33,316 bases of DNA. Origin: an uncultured Bacteroidales bacterium. GTDB lineage: Bacteria > Bacteroidota > Bacteroidia > Bacteroidales > Bacteroidaceae. The stretch spans positions 1 to 33,316 of the forward strand of contig CADCOX010000046.1 of assembly GCA_902803195.1 (NCBI GenBank), in the 5' to 3' direction. This document shows, in pieces, positions 28,432 through 33,316 of this stretch. The translations under genes were made by a program, and so were the position numbers. The notes beneath the pieces were generated by a model. That model ran no database searches. It saw only the letters and a program-made list of their open reading frames with translations, and had not been told where the DNA came from. The stretch's first letter is position 1, and every line of letters starts with the position of its first letter.

Positions 28432-28463
28432 CAACGGATTTCAGTAAACCCTTGGACAAAAAG

Positions 28464-29375
28464 ATGAGAGGTAATCAGATTTGGTATCATTTAGTGGCCT
28501 TCCTGGTGGTGGCTATCTGGGGCTCGACTTTCGTTTTCACGAAACTGCTCTTGCTGAATGGCTTGACGCCAGCTCAGATCTTCACGCTCAGGTTCATCAT
28601 CGGATATGTTTTGCTGTTGGCGTTCGCGCTGACGCGCCCTTCGTTTCGGCTGTTGGCAGGTTCGGTGAAGGATGAGCTGCTGATGATGGCTCTGGGCGTC
28701 ACCGGTGGTTCGCTCTACTTCCTGACCGAGAATAGCGCGATGAATTACACCACGACCACCAATACCGCCCTCATCGTCTGCCTCTGTCCGTTGTTTGCGG
28801 CGCTGCTCATCTCGGCTTTTTATAAGTCGGAGCGCCTGCAGCCCATTCAGATTTTGGGTACGCTGATGGCGGCGGTAGGCGTGGCGATTGTGGTGCTGAA
28901 CGGCCATTTCGTCTTGCATCTGGCACCCAAAGGCGATGCGCTGGCCTTCGCGGCTTGCCTCTGCTGGGCGGTCTATTCGCTGCTGTTCATTCCCGCGTCG
29001 AAGCGTTACGATACGCTTTTCATCACGCGTAAGGTTTTTTTCTACGGCTTAGTGTCGATGATTCCTTATTTCATGCTGCGGCCGGGCTTCCCCTCGTGGT
29101 CAACGGTCTTTCGCCCCGACATCCTGGCTAACCTCTTGTTCTTGGGCTGCATCGCCTCGATGGTTTGTTTTATCGCGTGGAACTGGGTCTTGAAGAAGTT
29201 AGGCGCCATGAAAGCCACTAACTACGTCTATTTCAACCCTGTAACGACAGTTCTCTTTGCGTGGGTTGTGTTGCGGGAGCAGATAACCGTCTACTTTCTT
29301 GTCGGCACTTGCTTAATCCTTCAAGGCATGTTCTGGGCCAACAAGAGAAAAGAGGTGAAGGCTCTCGACCTTTGA
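28464..29375 (+). CDS. DMT-superfamily (EamA-like) transporter
   Basis: About 303 aa from the ATG at 28464 and about 10 hydrophobic helices. Two EamA-like halves (WGSTFVFTKLLL..., WAVYSLLFIP...). Confidence 0.8.
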   Translation: MRGNQIWYHLVAFLVVAIWGSTFVFTKLLLLNGLTPAQIFTLRFIIGYVLLLAFALTRPSFRLLAGSVKDELLMMALGVTGGSLYFLTENSAMNYTTTTNTALIVCLCPLFAALLISAFYKSERLQPIQILGTLMAAVGVAIVVLNGHFVLHLAPKGDALAFAACLCWAVYSLLFIPASKRYDTLFITRKVFFYGLVSMIPYFMLRPGFPSWSTVFRPDILANLLFLGCIASMVCFIAWNWVLKKLGAMKATNYVYFNPVTTVLFAWVVLREQITVYFLVGTCLILQGMFWANKRKEVKALDL

Positions 29376-29406
29376 CCTTAGGCTTTAGACCCTCGACCTT
29401 CGACCC

Positions 29407-30516
29407 CTACGGGAAAATCTCAGCGAGCTTGCGGATGTAGGCGTCGGCGTACTGCCGCATGCCGAGGTCATTGGGGTGTACACCTTCGACCATTGACTCC
29501 TGCGTGAAGGCCAGTTCGTCATGACTCAGGTAGTAGAGGCCCGTGACACCTTTGGCCAAGAGGGCCTCGTAAGCGCGGCGCTGCTCGGCATTGGAGCCGG
29601 TGTACCAGTCGACGGCCTGCTGCGAACTCGTTCCGTTGGCGTAGTTGTGCTCGACGAGCAGGATGGGCGCCTGGCTCTTCTGTCGCAGGATGTCGACGCC
29701 CCGCAGCAGACGGTCGTAGATGAACTCAGTGCGCTCCGTAGACAGGTTCGGCAGGCAGTCGATGATGAAGAGCTTAGCAGGTATCTCGGCCAGGTAGTTG
29801 AAGACCTCCTCCTCCAGCAGTCCGTTGCCCGAGAAGCCGAGGTTGATGAGCGGGCAGGCGGTCTCGCGCTTGACGATATTGGTCCATGCCATGCCCGTTC
29901 GCGAGGCGCAGGCGCCTTGGGCGATGGACGTCCCGTAGACGACGATGGGGGCCTCCGTGCTGGCGGGAAGGAAATGCAGTTCGCGGCCCTCGTCGACGCC
30001 GATTTCCATCCACGCTACTTCATTGTACAGCGGCAGGAAGAGCTCGAAATCGTAGCCGCGGTCCTCGCCCGTGAAATACGTGATATCCTTGAATTCGTAG
30101 TTGATGGTATCCTTGAACGAGAGGTTGAACCTGCTGGCACACCAGCGCAGGCGTCCGTCGGCGTCAGTAGCGTAAAGGTCTAAGCCTGAGACGCCTGTCG
30201 AGGGCATGTGAAACATGCTGAGGCCGCCCGTCACCCGGTAGCGTACTCGGATGGACGGGGCGTTGGAGTGGAAGCGGATGGAGAGTCCTGCCGACTGACG
30301 TGAGAGGTTCCATACGGCAGCGCGGACGTGCTCCTTGGCGCGGTCGGGCAGGCGGTGGTAGTTGGAGCGCAGCTCGTCGCTCCACCAGCGGCCCTGCACC
30401 ACGGGTTGACTCTGCTGCAGAGGGTCGAGCCATTTCGTCTGTGCCGTTGCGAAGAGGATGCTGCCGAGGGCAAGCACGCAGAGGGTGAACGCTTTTCTTG
30501 TTGATTCGGAAATCAT
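29407..30516 (-). CDS. SGNH/GDSL-type hydrolase with N-terminal beta-sandwich domain, secreted
   Basis: 369 aa. Signal peptide FTLCVLALGSILFATAQ. Block I VVYGTSIAQG (Ser nucleophile). C-terminal HPNDLG (block V DxxH-like). Confidence 0.75.
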   Translation of the reverse strand: MISESTRKAFTLCVLALGSILFATAQTKWLDPLQQSQPVVQGRWWSDELRSNYHRLPDRAKEHVRAAVWNLSRQSAGLSIRFHSNAPSIRVRYRVTGGLSMFHMPSTGVSGLDLYATDADGRLRWCASRFNLSFKDTINYEFKDITYFTGEDRGYDFELFLPLYNEVAWMEIGVDEGRELHFLPASTEAPIVVYGTSIAQGACASRTGMAWTNIVKRETACPLINLGFSGNGLLEEEVFNYLAEIPAKLFIIDCLPNLSTERTEFIYDRLLRGVDILRQKSQAPILLVEHNYANGTSSQQAVDWYTGSNAEQRRAYEALLAKGVTGLYYLSHDELAFTQESMVEGVHPNDLGMRQYADAYIRKLAEIFP

Positions 30517-30659
30517 GTCGAAGGTGTTTTAGTCGGTTTTGGTCTGAAAATATAGTCGTTTAGGCCGATGCACGGCCGTCTCGAGGCGATTCTTTTGGCT
30601 TCTTCTGCCTTTTTTCTCATTTTTATGCGCCATTTTCGCATTCCTATCGGATTTTTCCC

Positions 30660-30667
30660 TATCTTTG
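30660..30667 (+). promoter_or_regulatory. Bacteroidota -7 box TATCTTTG
   Basis: 28 nt upstream of the ATG at 30696. Confidence 0.5.
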
Positions 30668-30695
30668 CCGTCAGAACTGACAACTAAATCTACCT

Positions 30696-30833
30696 ATGGA
30701 AGAGAATAACGAGCCTAAGAAACCTCAGCGAACCTATCGCTGCAATGATTGTGGTGGCACGATTTATCGCCATGAAGTGTTTTGCTCAAAATGCGGCAAA
30801 CTCCTTGATCGCTACGACTTTGAAGAGGACTGA
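30696..30833 (+). CDS. 45-aa zinc-ribbon micro-protein (not in ORF track)
   Basis: My translation: MEENNEPKKPQRTYRCNDCGGTIYRHEVFCSKCGKLLDRYDFEED*. CxxC-N10-CxxC, ATG start, and a canonical -7 box upstream. Confidence 0.5.
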   Translation: MEENNEPKKPQRTYRCNDCGGTIYRHEVFCSKCGKLLDRYDFEED

Positions 30834-30845
30834 GTGTACAGACGC

Positions 30846-31025
30846 AAGGGCTTGAGCGTATAGTATGTAAGGGCTTGAGCGTACATTCGCAAGGGCTTGA
30901 GCGTATATATGTAAAGGCTTGAGCGTATAGTATGCAAGGGCTTGAGCGTATAGTATGCAAGGGCTTGAGCGTATATTCGCAAAGGCTTGAGCGTATAGTA
31001 TGCAAGGACTTGAGCGTATATTCGC
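30846..31025 (+). repeat. 8 tandem 22-23-bp iteron-like direct repeats (AAGGGCTTGAGCGTATAGTATGC / ...GCGTATATTCGC)
   Basis: Unit starts at 30846, 30869, 30891, 30913, 30936, 30959, 30981 and 31004 (lengths 23, 22, 22, 23, 23, 22, 23, 22). The core CTTGAGCGTA is invariant. There are no spacers. Confidence 0.92.
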
Positions 31026-31030
31026 TCAGC

Positions 31031-31052
31031 CTTGTCTCACTATTGAGACAAG
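31031..31052. other. perfect 8-bp stem hairpin CTTGTCTC-ACTATT-GAGACAAG directly after the repeat array
   Basis: Read directly from the sequence. Confidence 0.6.
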
Positions 31053-31158
31053 CGCTTGCGTATGGACGGATAAAGGCGCGCGTACCTTCGCTCAATGGGG
31101 GCTGAATGGGCGCGCGTACCTGATGGCACGCGCCACAGTGGCTTTAGCAGCAAACTGA

Positions 31159-31287
31159 GGGGCTTTATGAGCCACCGTGCGCGCGGGCTTTGGCCTCGCC
31201 TCTCTCTCCTCATGGAGCCGCCGCTGTGCGCGGAGCTTAGGCCTCGCCTCTCTCTCCTCTTTATGAGCCACCGTGCGCGTGCCGTTA
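31159..31287. repeat. about 48-bp tandem repeat (2 full units plus a partial unit) with polypyrimidine core GGCCTCGCCTCTCTCTCCTC
   Basis: Units at 31192-31239 and 31240-31287. CTTTATGAGCCACCGTGCGCG occurs at 31163 and 31259. GGCGCGCGTACCT is also duplicated, at 31075 and 31109. Confidence 0.8.
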
Positions 31288-31330
31288 GGTACGCGGCCAT
31301 TGCTTTCAACGCAGGCCTAACGGCACGCGC
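31275..31330. terminator. 15-bp perfect-stem hairpin 14 nt downstream of the rhaD stop
   Basis: GCGCGTGCCGTTAGG (31275-31289) pairs with CCTAACGGCACGCGC (31316-31330) around a 26-nt loop. There is a T-rich tail on the plus strand only (CATTTCCCTCGTTTATTT). Confidence 0.5.
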
Positions 31331-31344
31331 GCCATTTCCCTCGT

Positions 31345-32157
31345 TTATTTCGGCAGGCCAAAGACGTCGCTGAGCTCCTTCATCTGAGCGTCCGTCATGC
31401 CGTCGGGCGTAAATCCCATGTTCTTGGCGGCGATATAGATGAGGGCCGCTTTGTTGAGGACGTCCACTTGGTCGAAGGCGCTCATGATGTCGGTGTCGAT
31501 GGCAAAGACGCCGTGTTTCTCCCACATAACCACGTCATAATCAGCATCGATGGCGTCGATGGTGGCATCGGCGAGTTCCACGCTCGAAGGCAGCATGTAC
31601 GGTACCATTCCGAGTCCGCGCGGGCAGAAAGCCTTCGTCTCGGGAATCATCGACCAAAGCACTCGCGTGGCGACATCCTTTTCCATGAACTGCTTGTTGT
31701 GGGTCAGTGCCACGAGCTCGATGGGGTGGGTGTGGAGGCTGGCGCGATAAGGCGAGCCCTTGGCCAGCAGATAGTCGTGAACGGCCAGATGCGAAGGCAG
31801 TTCTGAGGTCGGCTTCACGGGCTTGTCGGCGATGATGACGTAGGATGCGCAGTCGTCCAGGATGCGGATGACGGAGCCGTTGTCCATCGGCCAGCGAGCG
31901 AGGTCGCGCATGCGCATGTTGGTCCCCTTGCAATAGAAGTAGCAGCCCTTCAGGTGGGGCAGGGTAGTGCCGATCTGATAGACGGGCGAGATGGCCGGCA
32001 GCGCTCGCACGGCCTCGTCCACCTGTTCCGTGATATTCACCGTGATATTACCTCCGTTGCGCTCGGCCCATCCCTTCTGCCAGAGATAGCCGGCCACTTC
32101 GGCCACTTGTTCTACTACGTGTTTGAGTTCAGTTCGATTGTCGAGAATACTTTCCAT
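31345..32157 (-). CDS. rhaD: rhamnulose-1-phosphate aldolase-like class II aldolase
   Basis: 270 aa. KGWAERNGGNITV and PTSELPSHLAVH...LHTHPIELVALTH align with E. coli RhaD blocks. No other rha genes are adjacent. Confidence 0.78.
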   Translation of the reverse strand: MESILDNRTELKHVVEQVAEVAGYLWQKGWAERNGGNITVNITEQVDEAVRALPAISPVYQIGTTLPHLKGCYFYCKGTNMRMRDLARWPMDNGSVIRILDDCASYVIIADKPVKPTSELPSHLAVHDYLLAKGSPYRASLHTHPIELVALTHNKQFMEKDVATRVLWSMIPETKAFCPRGLGMVPYMLPSSVELADATIDAIDADYDVVMWEKHGVFAIDTDIMSAFDQVDVLNKAALIYIAAKNMGFTPDGMTDAQMKELSDVFGLPK

Positions 32158-32189
32158 TGTGGTTTGATGTTATGAGTTGTTTTCCGCTG

Positions 32190-32197
32190 CAAAGATA
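32190..32197 (-). promoter_or_regulatory. Bacteroidota -7 box TATCTTTG (minus strand) for rhaD
   Basis: Plus-strand CAAAGATA, about 33 nt upstream of the ATG at 32157. Confidence 0.5.
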
Positions 32198-32355
32198 ATC
32201 AATAATTCGGAAATGGTTGTGGATATTCGGAAATATTTCTGCAAAGAAGAGAATAAATTCTGTTTTCTGCCGACCGACGTGAGAGTTCGCCTTCGCGCTC
32301 GAGCCTGCCGGAGGTCGGCTTGTCGAGAGCAGTCGCTGGCCTCATCGTCGGTTTG

Positions 32356-33294
32356 CTATGCCTTCAGTTTCTGTGGCTGCTGCTTAGACTTCTTGTCGAG
32401 CTCCTCTTCGATTTCTGCATAAACATGTTCGATGAAACGAATGCCTTCCTCTTCGGTTTCCTCTTCTTCATCGTCGTAATATACATAGTATTCGTCCGGA
32501 ATCTCGTCCTTCCACCTGTGATTGCGAAGGTAAGTGTCAGGATTCACCATCTTGATATTTTCATCATTGCAATACATGCAATAAGGCTGAGCGCCCTTGA
32601 TGGCAGCTATCTTTTCGCTCTTAGAAAGCTTCTTCCATTCTTGTTGTGCGAGATGAAGATTAGCTTTCACATCGAACAGTTTAATGAAATGCGAGAATCC
32701 GACCTCCAGTCGTGCATTGTTGACGTCGGTCTCTTCGTTGTTAATGCTGGCTTCGAGATTCGCTTTCACAGTCTGCGCAAATGCTTTCTGACTATTGCTT
32801 TCGGCCGTATGCCTACGGGCCTTCGACACCGCCAGCAGGTCCTCGCGCTGAGCCTTGCGGGCATCCACGTCCAGCTTGATCTCGTAGCCGCGCTTCACAA
32901 AACTTGTGATGCGTTTCCACCAGTTCCACCCCTTCTCGGTCTCGAAAAGCAGCACGGTCCCTACATCCTCGCCGTCATTGTCGGACATGATCACTTCCTG
33001 GCACCAATGGCTCATGAACTCCAGCGTCAGCGACGTCGAGGTGAAGTATGCGGGAATCTCGTTTTTATCGATATAATTCTTCAGTTCTATCCACCTGTTT
33101 TCGCTCTTTCCGCAGGGCTTAGCCATGAAAGCCAGAAATTCCTCGCCGAACTTCTGCTTACGCTCGTCTATCGACTTTTCACAAAGCGAAAGCACGCGCT
33201 TTCGCTTCATGGCGATTTTATCGTCTGAAGAAGAACAAAGATTGGTGTTGCCGCAACTTTTGTCGTCTTTGTTTTTATTATTGTTTTTCAACAA
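32356..33294 (-). CDS. hypothetical protein, Lys/Glu/Asp-rich with acidic C-terminal tract, in an AT-richer segment
   Basis: 312-aa ORF with plausible soluble-protein composition and a DDEEEETEEEG tract. I recognise no family. The true start may be the internal MKRKR (codon 29). Confidence 0.55.
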   Translation of the reverse strand: MLKNNNKNKDDKSCGNTNLCSSSDDKIAMKRKRVLSLCEKSIDERKQKFGEEFLAFMAKPCGKSENRWIELKNYIDKNEIPAYFTSTSLTLEFMSHWCQEVIMSDNDGEDVGTVLLFETEKGWNWWKRITSFVKRGYEIKLDVDARKAQREDLLAVSKARRHTAESNSQKAFAQTVKANLEASINNEETDVNNARLEVGFSHFIKLFDVKANLHLAQQEWKKLSKSEKIAAIKGAQPYCMYCNDENIKMVNPDTYLRNHRWKDEIPDEYYVYYDDEEEETEEEGIRFIEHVYAEIEEELDKKSKQQPQKLKA

Positions 33295-33316
33295 CAGTTG
33301 CTTCTCTTTCTTTTCT

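Noticed and set aside
30846-31025. CRISPR array?
   Set aside because: The repeats are contiguous with no unique spacers, the units are only 22-23 bp, and no cas genes are present. It is a plain tandem repeat.
30715-31095. 126-aa minus-strand ORF with repeated EYTLKPLHTIRSSPC segments.
   Set aside because: It is the translation of the 22+23 = 45-bp repeat pairs, which happen to preserve the frame. It overlaps the better-supported zinc-ribbon ORF and has no promoter box. I cannot fully exclude it without expression data.
31096-31160. tmRNA-like cues: GGGGCTGA at 31096 and GTGGCTTTAGCAGCAAACTGA (..V-A-L-A-A-N-stop), reminiscent of an ALAA tag.
   Set aside because: There is no complementary 3' acceptor arm (CAGCCCC...CCA), no T-arm GGTTCGA-like sequence and no pseudoknot-sized body before rhaD. 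The tag composition is atypical. I judge it a coincidence.
31040-31525. 92-aa plus-strand ORF (31095-31373) and 161-aa minus-strand ORF (31040-31525) across the mosaic repeat region.
   Set aside because: Both are Arg/Ser-rich repeat translations. They overlap rhaD (out of frame, or on the opposite strand) and have no family features.
32320-33228. 302-aa plus-strand ORF exactly codon-aligned antisense to the 312-aa hypothetical gene, in an AT-richer region where such an open frame is less expected.
   Set aside because: It only requires that the sense gene avoid TTA, CTA and TCA codons, which is plausible for this genome's codon bias. The product is hydrophobic and junk-like, while the minus-strand product looks like a real soluble protein. 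It is worth a glance in Ribo-seq data.

Overview
High-GC chromosomal segment of Bacteroidota type. The taxon call is inference only, from a T9SS C-terminal sorting tail, an Fkp homologue, TAnnTTTG -7 promoter boxes and many outer-membrane barrel and lipoprotein genes; it looks Prevotella-like. Coding content is mostly core metabolism. Left to right: a 5'-truncated M6 metalloprotease with a T9SS tail; a GDP-sugar cluster (manC, fkp, Gfo/Idh/MocA oxidoreductase); two convergent large outer-membrane barrel genes; a minus-strand 2-oxoacid:ferredoxin oxidoreductase operon (TPR, ferredoxin, alpha, a 57-aa membrane ORF missing from the ORF track, beta, gamma); a minus-strand leuA-leuC-leuD-cimA-like operon with a candidate Ile/Leu leader-peptide attenuator; a 1008-aa OMP_b-brl_3-type barrel with a Gly-rich tail; hisS; dinB; a GH16 gene interrupted by one in-frame TAG; a DUF4251-like lipoprotein; an orphan vsr; a DMT transporter; an SGNH hydrolase; a 45-aa zinc-ribbon ORF; rhaD-like aldolase; and an AT-richer hypothetical gene at the right edge. 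I found no rRNA, tRNA, CRISPR, transposase, integrase, or recognisable defence or toxin system, and I cannot name a new protein-based system here. The unusual material is non-coding. (1) Two arrays of 9-bp TCTAGAnnn repeats: 16 CTAG cores in perfect phase at 23485-23634 and 11 cores at 12962-13055 inside the oxidoreductase operon. (2) A family of 22-23-bp iteron-like tandem repeats at two loci in opposite orientation (8 units at 30846-31025, 4 units at 8765-8853), each followed by a palindrome. (3) A mosaic repeat and hairpin region at 31026-31344. (4) A dispersed REP-like hairpin in 3 copies. All functional readings of these repeats are hypotheses that need genome-wide and comparative checks I cannot run.
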